A stretch of 64,000 nt of DNA from the human T2T-CHM13v2.0 reference genome, Homo sapiens: the NCBI RefSeq assembly GCF_009914755.1, contig NC_060940.1; one strand, given 5' to 3'. Made by a program: the position numbers and the translations under genes. The notes under the pieces were generated by a model. The model was given only the letters and a program-made list of their open reading frames with translations. It had not been told where the DNA came from and did no database searches. The stretch's first letter is position 1. Every line of letters starts with the position of its first letter. This document shows positions 49,343-63,939 of this stretch, piece by piece.

Positions 49343-49727
49343 TCAAAAAGAAAAAAAGAAGGATTCTAGTATGGACTGAGGACAAAACTAGAAATAAACC
49401 TATAGATATCCATGAATGAGGATCATGACTAAGGTAGAGCCACGTGGAATCCTAAGGGTTCTTTGTACAGATATAAGGTAGATAAGACAGATTAGAGACC
49501 AAGTTCTAGATCAGTAGGTAGAAGCTATGATCCTACTTGTGTTGAAGTGATTTCTAGAAGGGTACACAGGAGACTTAATAGAAGCCTACTTCTGGGAAGA
49601 GACTTAGTCTTTTATTCTTCTATTGTTTAGACTTACCACGGGTACATAGTATATGTAAGCACTGACCGCTTGGCATAAAAAGCTAAGAACTTGAATCCAG
49701 GAAGTACTCCAGGCTTTAGGTCCATAC

Positions 49728-49811
49728 CTCTGAATGAGGAGTCATCTGACAACAGGAGAATGGGTCCTGGGAGGCTGACTGTCATTTTCTCTGCTTCAGT
49801 GGCCCCTGTGG
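49728..49811 (-). CDS. ZP2: ZP2 exon 17 (external hydrophobic patch)
   Basis: ATGATEAEKMTVSLPGPILLLSDDSSFR; 84 nt. Confidence 0.95.
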
Positions 49812-50267
49812 CTGGAGACAGATGATCAAGTTTGTGTTTGGCCTCTGGAATAGTGGTTCGAGAGGTGTGTCAATGGAATGCTTAGAAGTAGAAGCTCTCT
49901 GGAGTATTTTGTTCATGTGGTTTGTCTTGCCTTTGCAGGCGAGGTTATGCCCTTTACTGTAGAAGTGGGATGGATTCTTGGGGTTGGGTGTGGTGGCTCA
50001 TGCCTATAATCCCAGCACTTTTGGGAGGCCGAGGTAGGTGGATCACCTGAGGTCAGGAGATTGAGACCAGCCTGGCCTGGCCAACATGGTGAAACCCTGT
50101 CTCTACTAAAGATATAAAAGTTAGCTGGGTATGTTGGGGGGTTCCTATAATCCCAGCTACTTGGGAGGCTCAGGCAGGAGAATCATTTCCCTTGAACCCT
50201 GGAGGTGGAATGAGCCAAGATCACACCATCTTACTCCAGCCTGGGCAACAAGAGCAAAACTGTCTCA

Positions 50268-50298
<31 letters not shown>

Positions 50299-50519
50299 AG
50301 ATTCTTAAAGAACTCATCGTCTATAGAACTAGACAAGAAACTGTTCATCTTAGACCTGTCACATGAGTAAGGTAGACTGGACCAAGTTTTGACTGGGCCA
50401 ACAAGAGCTCTGGGCAGTAAATAAAGTATGAGTTATACCAGTCCTTAAGATCTTCTATTCTAAAAAGTTGATACTTGCTTTGAATTAGACTCACAGAAAC
50501 AGGAATTTGAAGTTTTTAC

Positions 50520-50616
50520 CTCGCCTGTGCCTAGAGGACACAGGGCAGGTCACAGAACACAGTGGGGAGTCAGGGGAGAGTCGATTACAGATTAAGGCAC
50601 TGCAGTGGAAGTAGAC
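50520..50616 (-). CDS. ZP2: ZP2 exon 16 (furin consensus RHRR)
   Basis: [32 protein letters not shown]; 97 nt. Confidence 0.95.
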
Positions 50617-50692
50617 CTGGAGACAGAAGAGAGTTACATGGAATCGATGCACTAACATTTAACCTGTCCCTGGTGACTTCTGAATCACTTAC

Positions 50693-50828
50693 CAGGCTAG
50701 AGAGCACGTGGGCTTCTGATACAAAGGCAAAAGCCTTCATGTCAAACCTCTGATAGTGATCAGGATGGGTCACAGAGGAGCCGACTGGATGGAAGGTGGT
50801 CTGGTAGTTGTCCAGGTCATATGCACAG
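50693..50828 (-). CDS. ZP2: ZP2 exon 15
   Basis: [15 protein letters not shown]...[20 protein letters not shown]; 136 nt. Confidence 0.95.
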
Positions 50829-51083
50829 CTAGGAGGTATGCACCAGGGAGGGATGTCAGTCATATGCATCTTGGAGTCAAATTCAATGTCTGCCCAGATT
50901 TAGTCATACGTAATATCTTCAGAACTATTGCCATATTTACCTTCTACCAGCACCTTTGTTTTACTCAGCATTTCTTACCTGACCTATAATACCTATGAAA
51001 TCATAAGTTGTATAGACTAGTTATATTTTAACTATTTTAGCAGTACCTGTTTGCCAACTACATGAGAAGTACAAATTATATCA

Positions 51084-51429
<346 letters not shown>

Positions 51430-52318
51430 TCAAGAAAGCAAAGGTGCAGTTTTAGCCAAGTACACACTATTCCATAAGAATGGGTGAGATCCAGTTGTAG
51501 GACAGGACACGGCAGGAGAGCTGTAAGGTTGAACACCTATGTGTACAAGTGTGTGGCTGCAACCTCAGAGCATCAGTGCTCAGATTCTAGAGTCAGATGG
51601 ATATTCTAATACAAGCTCCATTGTTTAAGTATTGTTTTGGGCTGGTTATTTAGGCAGCAAGCTGGGGTTTCTTCATGAAAGACGAAGACTAGTACAACTA
51701 GTGGATGTGGAATACATAGCACTGTGCCTGGCATATGGTAGGTGTTCAGATGGATAGAGGCTAGAGACCAGTCTTTCCAGATGATCAACACCATAGTAGA
51801 GTCAGACTTTCTGGGGCTTTGGAACTCATTCCTTAAGATTCAAGAGGTGATTGGAAGGCAGCATGTGGCCAAGTGTGGTGGTTCACACCTGTAATCCCAG
51901 TACTTTGGGAGGCCAAGGTAGGTGGATCACCTGAAGTCAGGAGTTCGAGACCAGCCTGGCCAACATGGCAAAACCCTGTCTCTACTAAGATAGCAAAAAT
52001 TAGCTGGGCTTGGTGGTGTGCCCCTGTAATCTCAGCTACCCAGGAGGCTGAGGTAGGAGAATTGCTTGAACCCAGGAGGCAGGGGCTACAGTGAGCTAAG
52101 ATCATGCCGCAGCACCCCAACCTGGGTGACAGAATGAGACCCCATCTCAAAACAAAAAAAAAAAAAACAGAAGGCAGAAGAGTCCCAATTAGAAAACAAG
52201 GACTAAATCTGGATCTCACATGACTGAATGCTGCTCTAAAGCCCAAGAGGGTTTATTCCCATTACTGGCAAGTTTTGATGGATTAGCTGGGTAACCTGAT
52301 AGTACAGGGAGTACCTAC

Positions 52319-52508
52319 CCATCCACGACAACGTTCCACTGGGGGAAAGAGTCTGGATCCATGGTGGACGTCGCCCAGCAGTCATCTAAGACCAGCTTGA
52401 TGTTGGGGTCATCCCTGTTTAGGACTCTCACTTCCATGTAAATTGGTTGGCGGAGGAATCTCACTAGAGGGTACTCGTTTTCCCCATAAGGTTGTTGGTA
52501 GGAATTAT
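52319..52508 (-). CDS. ZP2: ZP2 exon 14
   Basis: [14 protein letters not shown]...[11 protein letters not shown]...QWNVVVD-G; 190 nt. Confidence 0.95.
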
Positions 52509-52655
52509 CTGAAATTGAATGGTATTCAAGTAGTTAATGGCTGCAACACAGATTCATAGGTCATCACTGCTCCATTAGTCTGGCAGTATCAGGATGTTCA
52601 TTTTAGGGAGAAGTTTGAGATCATTTAAGCAATTTCACAGACTGCAATCTCTTAC

Positions 52656-52780
52656 CTGGGTAGCTTTGCAGGATCAAGGTAAATGGACCCAACTTCACTG
52701 AGGCCACTGGAGGAGTAAGGCTTTCAACGTTGATGTTTAGTAGCATGTCATTCCTGCTATAAGAACACTTCACTGTCATT
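52656..52780 (-). CDS. ZP2: ZP2 exon 13
   Basis: MTVKCSYSRNDMLLNINVESLTPPVASVKLGPFTLILQSYP; 125 nt. Confidence 0.95.
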
Positions 52781-52881
52781 CTGTAAGAGTTTGGAGGGAA
52801 GGTAGGTACAGAAAATTTCAGGTTAAAAAATTGCTTGAGTTTAAACTAGAGCTTAAGAGTCAAATAGCAATTTTATCTCAC

Positions 52882-52973
52882 CTGAACTCACTGTCTCTAG
52901 ATATTTTGCTTGGAGGAAAATCCGTCCAGAGAGCATGTATTTCGTTTTCATAGACGACTTTATCATCTTCGAA
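52882..52973 (-). CDS. ZP2: ZP2 exon 12
   Basis: [31 protein letters not shown]; 92 nt. Confidence 0.95.
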
Positions 52974-53053
52974 CTTAAATGTCAGAGAAAGTGGGTTAGC
53001 AGCCAGTTATGTCAAAGATGAGACTTAACCTCGTGCCATCTGCCAGTACTAAC

Positions 53054-53241
53054 CTTATATCTCGTTCCACATCCATTCAGGGGTATGTGGAACCGTACCA
53101 GCCCCTGAGACTGAGCCTCAAAGACAGGCTGGCAGGATGAGTTTCCCACCCTCAGAGTACCCAGGTCAAGAGCTGGTTGTGTTTGGTAGCTGTAGACCTC
53201 GACGTCCATAAACCCATCCTGGGTGCACAGCTCCCCTGTAA
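53054..53241 (-). CDS. ZP2: ZP2 exon 11 (start of ZP module)
   Basis: [16 protein letters not shown]...[11 protein letters not shown]; 188 nt. Confidence 0.95.
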
Positions 53242-54076
53242 CTAGACAGCGGTGAAAGTTTAGAGAAAATAAGTTTGTCTGCCCTGTGATACTGTCATCT
53301 CCCAACCTGATATGCTACGAGGGAGAAATTCTAATTTAGCAGGAGGCATCAGAATCTGTCTTGAAGTCTTTATGAGGGAACCTTGATCAGCAGCTTGAAT
53401 TACAAAGGGAGCTGAAGTTAGTTGATTGTTCTATGTGAGAGTAGGACTTTTCATCCAAAGGAGGGACCAGTAGATGTAGGAAGAAGTGCTATATGGTATA
53501 AGACCAGTGAGAATCCTGATGAAGGGCAGGAGTTGACTCAAGGTTAAACTTAATGTGGCTTTAAGTACAGCGCCTATGTTATTGTATCCTTTCTTTGTAT
53601 ACTCACAAATCCTGAGTAGTTTGGGGAGAAACTGAGGCAGGAGCTGGTTTTCCTATTTGATCTGACCTGTGCAGATCACATTAAACAGAAGCACATGGTG
53701 GAGGCAATGCTAAACAAGAGATATTCACTCTGTATTTAAGAATTTGTAGGAATTTTGGGGTGGGGGGGTACTTAAACTTAATTCTAATTAGAAGTTTGAA
53801 TATTCTTACCTAGATGTCAGGTTCAGGCTCCTAAGCCAAAATATCTAGATTGTTTAACCATGGAGCAGTTGCCATAAAACCTACCTATGTAGGGATCTTA
53901 AAAATATCATACTTAGGACCCCATCGTAGCAGCTACACTGTTTCTAATCTGACTAGTCTTTAGTTTCTTCAGTCTATAAGCAATAGATCAGAATCTGACC
54001 TTCTATACATTTGCCCACATGTACAAGAGCCAAGGGAGAAAAAAGGTAGAACATGATTTTAATAAAAGGTCTTTAC

Positions 54077-54203
54077 CTATAGAAACGGGTGACTCACAGA
54101 GACACTCAGGATAGATCACCATGGATACTGTCTCTGGCCGAAGGAGAAAGGTCAGCTTGAGTGAAGCTAAGTAGAACTGATGGAGTAGGCATTTTTCAGA
54201 TAA
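54077..54203 (-). CDS. ZP2: ZP2 exon 10
   Basis: [19 protein letters not shown]...CESPVSI; 127 nt. Confidence 0.95.
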
Positions 54204-54981
54204 CTGAAATGAGAAAATGTCAATTAGCAGCCACAGTCCGTTGGGGCCCGGAACCGTCACAGGGAGGCAGGAAGCAAGTCCACTAAATACTTGCAGGACA
54301 CACTCCAGACTTATCTGGGCTCCCTTTAAACCAAAACAAGAGAGACCCTATCACTTCCTCAGATCTGGATGTATCCCCAGGCAGATTTATTGCTTTAAAC
54401 TCATGCCCTGGAGTACCCAGCACTGTACTCTTTGTACGAGGCACTAAAGCTTGAATTAGCAGATCAAATTCCAAAGAATAGTGGAATCCTCTGCCAAGCC
54501 AGGTCTGAGTCAAAAGGACTCTACAGATGTTATAAAATGGTATTGCATAATATGTACCCCCAACCTAAGATTATTCTCTGGTATCCCTGGCAGTTCTAGT
54601 GAAGACTAACCTCAACAGCAACAGTACGGGACCCTTTTGTTTAGATCAAGGTGTCCTGTTCGTTGACCAGGACAGATTCATCATTAGGTATTTGACAAGT
54701 AGTTGCTACTACTCAGTTGGGGCCTTAGACAGTTTTAAGACTTAGAAAGACTTAGACGATTTTTCATGACAGAAGTTAAAGAGGTTTTGTGTTAGAGAAT
54801 GAACTTTAGTTACTTGATATTTCACTTATACAAGATGATCAAATGAGGCCTTTTGGAGTTTGAATCTGTTATGTTGGCAATTAGAGCTCACGGGCAAGTT
54901 ATCAGCCGTATGAGGACTACCCACAAGAGTATACTTCAAGTCAGGACCCGGTGGAGTTCAGTGGTTGACAATTGAACATAC

Positions 54982-55163
54982 TTTCGTTTTGAGCAGAGTT
55001 TTGCTGAAATGCAATTTCATGCCATTTGTTGCTTCTAGATCAATTCCATTGTCATGCAGCTGGCTCACATCAATGTTCTGGTTTTCAAAGCTCACAGACT
55101 TAAGCTTCCCAGGAAACTCTGGTATGGTGAGAGTCATGTGTGTGGCATTGCAGGTCACAGGAT
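54982..55163 (-). CDS. ZP2: ZP2 exon 9
   Basis: [20 protein letters not shown]...SKTLLKTK; 182 nt. Confidence 0.95.
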
Positions 55164-55259
55164 CTAGAAGGAATGACAACAGAATGCCCATTACCAGCCT
55201 TGATTAAGCTTCTAGGACAATGTCTCCCACACTGAGGTTGCAGCTATCTGGGACCTTAC

Positions 55260-55356
55260 CTGGTGCACAAATAGCTTGTGAAGAGAAGATCACCTTCTGT
55301 CCGGGAGATATAAATGTAAGCTTCAGAGACACCATGTAGAGATGACTGTTACCTTG
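55260..55356 (-). CDS. ZP2: ZP2 exon 8
   Basis: [32 protein letters not shown]; 97 nt. Confidence 0.95.
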
Positions 55357-55932
55357 CTAGGGGGAGAAATAACAGTGATCTTCAAAAACATTGGTTACTT
55401 GAATCTCTAACCAGTAAGAATCATCTTGGCAAGTATATATCCAAGTAATGGGCACTACTTTGACACAAGTAGGATTTAAGCATTTGTCTAATGACTAATT
55501 TGTCTAATCTGGAGGTATATTAGTTTTAACCTTGTTCTAACATCTGGAAGAATGTTGTCTAGATCACCTGTAGCCAATGACTTCTAGGCAGATAAGATCT
55601 GTCCTTACCCCATATGACTATTTTAAAGTATCAGCAGCCAGACAATGTTTTCAAGCCTCAATCTATTTGTGTTCTTACTGGGAGATAGGACTGTTCTTGA
55701 AGTGGTTGGCATTTGAGCACTTACATCTCAGGACCTGTCCTAAGTACTTTAGGAGATTAATTCATTTAGTGCAGTGTTCAGACTATTGGCCTGGAAAGCA
55801 CCAATACTTGCTATAAAACAATATAGGACAATGACAACCCAAACAGAACCCCTTAACCCATAAAGCTTTCAGGAATATGCTTGTTCTGTGTTGTACTATA
55901 GATTTAAGACTATGGGAAAGAGACTAGATTGA

Positions 55933-56114
<182 letters not shown>

Positions 56115-56371
56115 TAGTAGAGACAGGGTTTCACTAAACAGACAGGGTTGGCCGGGCTGGTCTTGAACTCCTGACCTCAAGCGATCTGCCCGCTTCAGCC
56201 TTCCAAAGTGCTGGGATTACAGGTGTGAATACCCAGCGAAGTGTTTGGCACTTAATAGGCATTAAAATGGGTTGTATTATAAATTAATGTGAAGACATGG
56301 TTGAGATCATGCTTCAATTTAGGAATACTGGCCTGTGCTTTGGTGGTACAAAGCCAGACTTCCACACCTAC

Positions 56372-56536
56372 CACATAGTGAGTCACTCCAGTGGCATTGA
56401 ATGGCACATGGAAGGTCATCCTGTGGTTGTCAATCAAGAGGCTGAAGCCTTCCTTCATGGCCTCTGGCAGGGTCAGAGTTTTGGCTCTTGCACCATCACC
56501 AACCTCAATGCTCCATCCCATCTGAACTTTGGTCCC
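56372..56536 (-). CDS. ZP2: ZP2 exon 7
   Basis: [15 protein letters not shown]...NATGVTHYV; 165 nt. Confidence 0.95.
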
Positions 56537-56682
56537 CTGAAGTCAAAAAGCTTTGTTTAGAGGGCTGGTGCTCCCTTAACCAAGTCTCTGGTAGTCTAAC
56601 AATTTATCAGGTTAAAGGTAATATCACCTTTAACATAGAATTAAAGGTTATTAAGGTCTGATTTTTAAAATTTGCTTCATAC

Positions 56683-56727
56683 CTTACTGTCGTCAGCCAA
56701 GCCAGAGAAGACCCGTGGCAAGGAAAA
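56683..56727 (-). CDS. ZP2: ZP2 exon 6 (ovastacin cleavage region LA/DD)
   Basis: FSLPRVFSGLADDSK; 45 nt; the diacidic motif is the established post-fertilisation cleavage site. Confidence 0.93.
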
Positions 56728-56902
56728 CTGGAAGAAAAGAATTGTGATGTAAGACTTTGATTTGGAGGTAGATGTTTCCGAATTCATGCCAGAAATTGCT
56801 GTGTGGTTGTCATACCAAAAGGCCTGCTGTGGGATGCAGTGGAAGAAGCACATGAACCCTGACTGTGCCCTTAGATGTCATTATACTTCTTTGAACTTCT
56901 GA

Positions 56903-57243
<341 letters not shown>

Positions 57244-57789
57244 TGACCAGGACAATGTTCTTAAACGTTTGCCCTTTCACCAATGTCCATAGAAATCAGG
57301 TACTATGTAAAAGCCATGCAGTTCTATCATTGTTATTGAGTTGCTTTTATGTCAGTGTTATTTTTAGTTGTCCATTGTTGACATTAGCCATGTTAGACTC
57401 TAAACCCATGAAGATGTGACTGGGTCGTTTTGTTCACTTATTGTATCTTAGCATCTAGGGTAGGGCCTGGAACATGGCATGTATTCCATTTGTCAGATGA
57501 TTAGTGTGAGTGCAACTACCAATAAAACCCTATTGCCATGCATGATGTGCCAAGTACCATGTATATACCCTCAGTAAATTCTTAGAGCCACCCTGAGGTA
57601 AGCATTATTGTCCCATCACTTTGGACTTGGAAACAAAGCCTCAGGGTAAAGTTAAACCTCATCACACAGAAAATTAGCAAGTACAGGATTAAATCATGGT
57701 CTGATTTCTAAGCCCCGCCCTGGTTAGATCATCATCATATTCCCCCTGCAGTAGCCATATACCCCGAGCAGTCAGCCCGTTTCACTCAC

Positions 57790-57942
57790 AGACATGAAAT
57801 CCTTCTGGCAGATTGTAGATGCTGAAAGCCCCTGGGTCTCTTCTACTTGCATAGCTGGACAGAAGAACTGATACATGACAGCTCCGTGTCTTAAGGCAGC
57901 ACTGTTGTTCATGACTCTGATGGTCATCTGGTGTCCACCATG
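57790..57942 (-). CDS. ZP2: ZP2 exon 5
   Basis: HGGHQMTIRV...ICQKDFMS; 153 nt; donor GTGAGT. Confidence 0.95.
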
Positions 57943-58577
57943 CTGTGTACAGATAGCACAGTGGGAACAGAGTAAGTACTGTACCCCCATGGGATTCTAG
58001 AATACCATCTGACCCATCTGAGTGGGAAAACCCTTAAAGTTACTAATACCACAAGTGCTGGAAGGTACCTCATTCCCGTACCAGGAGACTAGCTAGCCCA
58101 TTGTAATCTGTTAGTGAAGACTCATGCTGATAGGCCAGTTTTAGCATCAGGAAATGGAGTTCAGTTTCTATTTCTCTTATGTGTACCCTATGTCTCAGTA
58201 CCATGGTCCTGGCTGAATGGGGTTGGTATGGGGCTTCTACCCAGGTTATCTGAATACTTGTTAAGCACCTAAGTAGCTGCCATTGTGCTGGGTAGAGCTA
58301 CCCTTGCTATTACCCCTGACCTTAGGAAACTCAGTCTAAAAGCAGGGGTCAGCCAACCTTTTTCCATTATGCATTAGCAACTGTTTTAGACTCATGTGAG
58401 CCACATGAAATCCATAGCATATTTCCTTAAAAGAACTTTAAAAAGATAAAAGCCAGCTGGGCATGGTGGCTCATTGCCTGTAACTCCAGCACTTTGGGAG
58501 GCTGAGGCAGACTGACTGCTTGAGCTCAGGAGTTCAAGACCAGCCTGTGCAACATGGTGAGAGACTCCATCTCTATA

Positions 58578-58585
58578 TATATATT

Positions 58586-58621
<36 letters not shown>
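58578..58621. repeat. (TA)n(CA)n microsatellite in the mid A-rich linker of an Alu (ZP2 intron 4)
   Basis: Direct observation between the Alu left and right arms. Confidence 0.85.
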
Positions 58622-58622
<1 letters not shown>

Positions 58623-58882
58623 ACAAAAGTTAGCTGGGTGTGGTGGTATATGCCTGTGGTCTCAGCTACTGGGCAGGCTGAGGTGGTACTGAGACATAGG
58701 GTAGGGGATTGCTTGAGTCCGGGAGGTAGAGGTTGCAGTGAGCCGAGATTATGCCACTGCATGCCAGCCTGGACAACAGCAAGACCCTGTCTCAAGAAGA
58801 TTAAGAAGATAAAACCCATTCTTAGTTTGAAAACCAAACCAAAACAAAAACAAACAAAAACACAAAAAAAACCCATGAACTA

Positions 58883-59209
<327 letters not shown>

Positions 59210-60570
59210 TTAGTCTAAGGGAATGCGACTCCAAGACCTCTAATGTTGAGAAGGTCTGTTTTAGAAGGAAATTATCAGGTTTTTCATGAAGGACCTATGA
59301 TTACTTCATTGATTGATCACAGAGGGCTTTAGGGGACCAGATGACTTACAGTTCAAGCCTGTTTACAGAGTAGGGTCTAAGACTGTATCTGTACAAAGCT
59401 TAGACTGCTGACCACCTGCATCGTAATCAGATGGTATAGACTGTTAGATATGCAGATTCCCAGAACTCACCCCAGGCCTATGTCCAACTAGTCAAACCCA
59501 AACTTTCCAAATTACAACTTGCTAGCTTCTGCTTAGACAGGTTGCTTTTATTGCTCCTAATATTCCTGATTGGGCAATACTGTTGCTTGGCAATAGAAAA
59601 ACCCTTACTGCTTAGCTGCTGTTTGCCTTTTAACACCTGTTTCTATAGGTCAGATTTCTATTTGCTAGCACCAAAATAGCCTTCCATCTCATGTTGGGGT
59701 TCACAGATCAAAATAGCTCGTGTTTCATCACTTGTTGTATCCAGGTTCTGCACCAGGTCTTAATCTGTAGAACATCATTAGTCTTCATTACCCCCATGGA
59801 GCAGGCACCATTACTCTCATCTTCTAATGGGCAAACAGGCTTGAAAGGGCTCACTTGGTGGAAATTACACCTGATTAGTGGTAGAGCCAGGGCTCAAGGG
59901 CTCAAGTACTTGAATGCCAGGGTTTCTCATCCTCAACACTGACATCTCAGTCCTGGTAATTCTGTGTTATGGGGAGGAGACTTGGGTAATGTTGGTTGTC
60001 TGCCAGCATCTTTGGCTTGTATCCATTAGATGCCAGTAGTAGCTCTTCTACCTTCAGTTGTGATAACCAAAGATGTTTCTAGATGTTGTCAAATGTCCCC
60101 TGGACAGATTCCCCCCACCCTCCTCCAGACAGTTTTGCTCTTGTTGCCCAGGCTGGAGGGCAATGGAGCAATCTCAGCTCACTGCAAACCTCTGTCCCCT
60201 GGGTTTAAGCGATTCTCCTGCCTCAGCCTCACAAGTAGCTGGGATTACAGGTGTGTGCTACCACACCCAGCTAGTTTTTTGTATTTTTAGTAGGGATGGG
60301 GTTTCACCATGTTGGCCAGGCTGGTCTCAAACTTCTGACCTCAGGTGATCCACCCGTCTCAGCCTCCTAAAGTGCAGAGATTATAGGCGTGAGCCATCAC
60401 ACCTGGCCTAGACAGATTATAATAGAAAAGAAGAGCCACACACGAGACACCACCCCCTTGGTTGAGAGCCACTGCTTTACTCCAAAGAGAAAGTTCTTAG
60501 CCAAGTTTACTGCCAGTAACTCTTAGGTTACTACGTACTTCCCCAAGAACTGCTCAAAGCAATGACTTAC

Positions 60571-60665
60571 CACTCTCCTGGTACAGTTATCATAGGTAGC
60601 CCTCAGGGTGAGCTTTTCTGGGTCCAGGATGTAAGTGCAGTTCGGCATGTCGAGACCAAGAGGAT
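60571..60665 (-). CDS. ZP2: ZP2 exon 4
   Basis: DPLGLDMPNCTYILDPEKLTLRATYDNCTRRV; 95 nt; donor GTAAGT. Confidence 0.95.
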
Positions 60666-61048
60666 CTGCCAAGGCCAGAGCAGGTTAGACAGGATGGCTG
60701 AGTACATTTCAGTGACAGTCCAAAGCTATAGAGTCAAGACCACCAGTCCATTTCTAAGGTACTTCAGTCCCTTCACTTCCGCCCCAACTCAGTGATAGAA
60801 CTTGAGCTTTGAGATGGTATGACTTGCAGCCAGAGGCTTCCCAGAGATGCTGGCATAAGACACACTTTCGAAGACAGACAGGTCTTCCATGCTGGGTGGC
60901 TTCATGCAAATCAGGTATCCCCATGGCATCATGGGAGTTGGATGCCGTTGCTGCAGGAGTTTGGGTACTCTGCTCCCCAAACAGGATTGACCTAAGCCAA
61001 AGGCTGTCTGCTAATCAGGACTATGAGGAGATAACACACGTTACCTAC

Positions 61049-61132
61049 CCACCACAGATGCATGCCATTTCTTGGTGCCAGGACTGCTTGGGAACTCCAC
61101 TGTTATTTCCCTTTCATCGCAAGTGACAGTGC
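61049..61132 (-). CDS. ZP2: ZP2 exon 3 (ZP-N1)
   Basis: [28 protein letters not shown]; 84 nt; AG/GT. Confidence 0.95.
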
Positions 61133-61536
61133 CTAAGGAGCAAAGGAAGCATTTGGGGGCTTTGAGTCATGAGTGATGCAACTCCTACAAAAGTGTATAG
61201 ACTCCTCTCAGATGGGAGGGATTCCAGATGAGGGAGGCAAGAATCGTCCCCTACCCTGGGAGAGCTCACAAACAAGTGACCAAGACAACAATACAATATG
61301 CCAAGAACTGTAAGGAAAATATCAGGTACCCAGGGCTTTTGAAGTGTTCCAGTAAGAAGCCCAGGTTAGGGTTGACAAGCAGGTCTGTAGGAGCCAGGTC
61401 AACACCTTGACAGTGGAGCAGATGGAGGCAGGCCCGAAAAACTGACAAAAGCTTTGTCAACAGGTTTTGCAAATTGATGTTAAACAAAGTCCTGGGTAAG
61501 TCCCAGGACTTTTATTTATTTATTTATTTATTTTGA

Positions 61537-61833
<297 letters not shown>

Positions 61834-62246
61834 TAAAGATCAAGTTTTGCCCATCATCTGCTACTCTGCAGCCTCTGGCTCAGGTGAACGTCAAGTGAGC
61901 AGCTCCAGTTTTGCTTGTTATGTCGATGTTTTCCTTAAGCATGAGTTTGTGTTTGAAGATTGCTGCTCCTAAAGATGAGGGCTTAGTGTGGTGGTTTGCT
62001 GTTCTGTGGATACCATAAAGCTTGAGGCAGTGAGGGATTGGAAGGCAGTGCAAGTGTTTGAGTTTTCATTTAGCAGGTATAGTGAGTCTACAGGTTAGCA
62101 GAAGAAAGATCCAGTAACCTGACCAAGGTAATAAAGGGGGTGAATGGAGGTTGTCTGAGCCAGGCCTGTGTTTCTTGGCCAGCTAGGCCTTCCAGCTGCA
62201 ACCTGTTTTCTCTGATAAGAAGACTTCTGTCACCCAAGAGACATAC

Positions 62247-62335
62247 CTGGAAAGGCAGGATTTACCAACTGAGAAACATCTATGGAGTTCCCTGAAGTCA
62301 CAAGGGCGAAGAAGAGAGAAATCGACCTGTAGGTG
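62247..62335 (-). CDS. ZP2: ZP2 exon 2 (signal peptide core)
   Basis: STYRSISLFFALVTSGNSIDVSQLVNPAFP; AG/GT boundaries; 89 nt. Confidence 0.95.
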
Positions 62336-62425
62336 CTGGAAAGAGACAGGGAGATAGTCAAGGAAGAATGGACTTTAACAAACAAAGCTACCATACCCCC
62401 TCCCTCCACTTCCAGAATTACTCAC

Positions 62426-62487
62426 CTCCAGCCTGCATTGAACCAGCCTGAGGGACTCCAAGAGCCTCCTCTCTGCCTGCACGCCAT
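62426..62487 (-). CDS. ZP2: ZP2 (zona pellucida glycoprotein 2) coding exon 1
   Basis: MACRQRGGSWSPSGWFNAGW-S; donor AG|GTGAGT; 62 nt. Confidence 0.96.
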
Positions 62488-62536
62488 AGCAGAAGACACT
62501 ACCAGATCAACCAGGTAGAGGGTAGGCTGCTCTGTG

Positions 62537-62544
62537 TTTTTATA
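62537..62544 (-). promoter_or_regulatory. ZP2: ZP2 TATA box (TATAAAAA)
   Basis: About 50-57 nt upstream of the ATG; CCAAT motifs (- strand) at 62578-62582 and 62626-62630. Confidence 0.85.
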
Positions 62545-62728
62545 GCAGGAAGCCAGCCGAATCCACACCCTCTCCCCATTGGGGGCACCTGAATCTTGTC
62601 CCATTCTCCCAGCTGAAACGGAAGGATTGGGGAAGGAAGTGGCCTCTGATTCCTGACAGCTTGCGCCGGGTATTCTGCCAGCTGCCCTGTGGGCCAGGCA
62701 TGAAATCAGAGTTTGCTGAAATCAGCTC

Positions 62729-62734
62729 CAGGTG
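62729..62734 (-). promoter_or_regulatory. ZP2: ZP2 oocyte E-box CACCTG (FIGLA/E-protein element)
   Basis: About 215 nt upstream of the TATA-predicted TSS, matching the established conserved E-box near -200 in zona pellucida promoters. Confidence 0.75.
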
Positions 62735-62810
62735 AGTGAATTGGTGTTTTCCCTATAACTATGGGGGAAATTAGGATCTTTTGGGCAAATTATTTACAAC
62801 TGCAATGTAG

Positions 62811-63176
<366 letters not shown>

Positions 63177-63939
63177 TAAGTAACATCTAGTCTTCTGGCT
63201 ACTGCAGAAGTTACCCTGATAATGCACAGGAAGTGTCTTTAAAAAAATGAATGAAGCCTTGTTGACCCCCAACTGTAAAAGCTTAAGCTTACCGCAAAGA
63301 TACAATTTCAGAAGGATACAGAGAAAAGGCAAAAGTCACTCATAATAGTGCCACTGCTAATATTTAGGTGAGTAACTTTAGACATGTTTCTACAAACACC
63401 ACACACAATTTTTTTAAAACACTGGGAGGAAAGTTTAAATACTGTTTTGTAATCTGCTACTGTCACTTTATAACTATTAAACATAAAGCTCTCTGTTACC
63501 ATTTTAGGGTGGCATAATATTCAATTTGAGATAAATCTGTGTTTATATAATTTCCTTAATTATGAGCATAAGGTGGCTTGTAATTTTTCATCATTATAAG
63601 CAGTAACATGATGAGCATTCTGATACATATCCTTGGGTAACCCTCAAGATAAATTCCTCAAAGTAAAACTTCTGGGTAAAAGGGAGTAGTGATCTAATAA
63701 GAATGTTATATTGTTGTAAAGCACTTGGAAGTTTCCCAGTGGGGAAACTGAGGCAAGGCAACTTGCCCCAACAATGTCAGGGACCAGGTGGAGAACTCAG
63801 ATTTCCTGAGGCCTGATGGTTGTGTTTTTTCAACATCTCTCACACTCTTTGAGATAACTAGATGTCTGCAGCCCATGTTCCAAAATAGGTGGATATAAGG
63901 CTTAGACTCCATTCAAGTGGTGGGTGACACTTGCAATTA

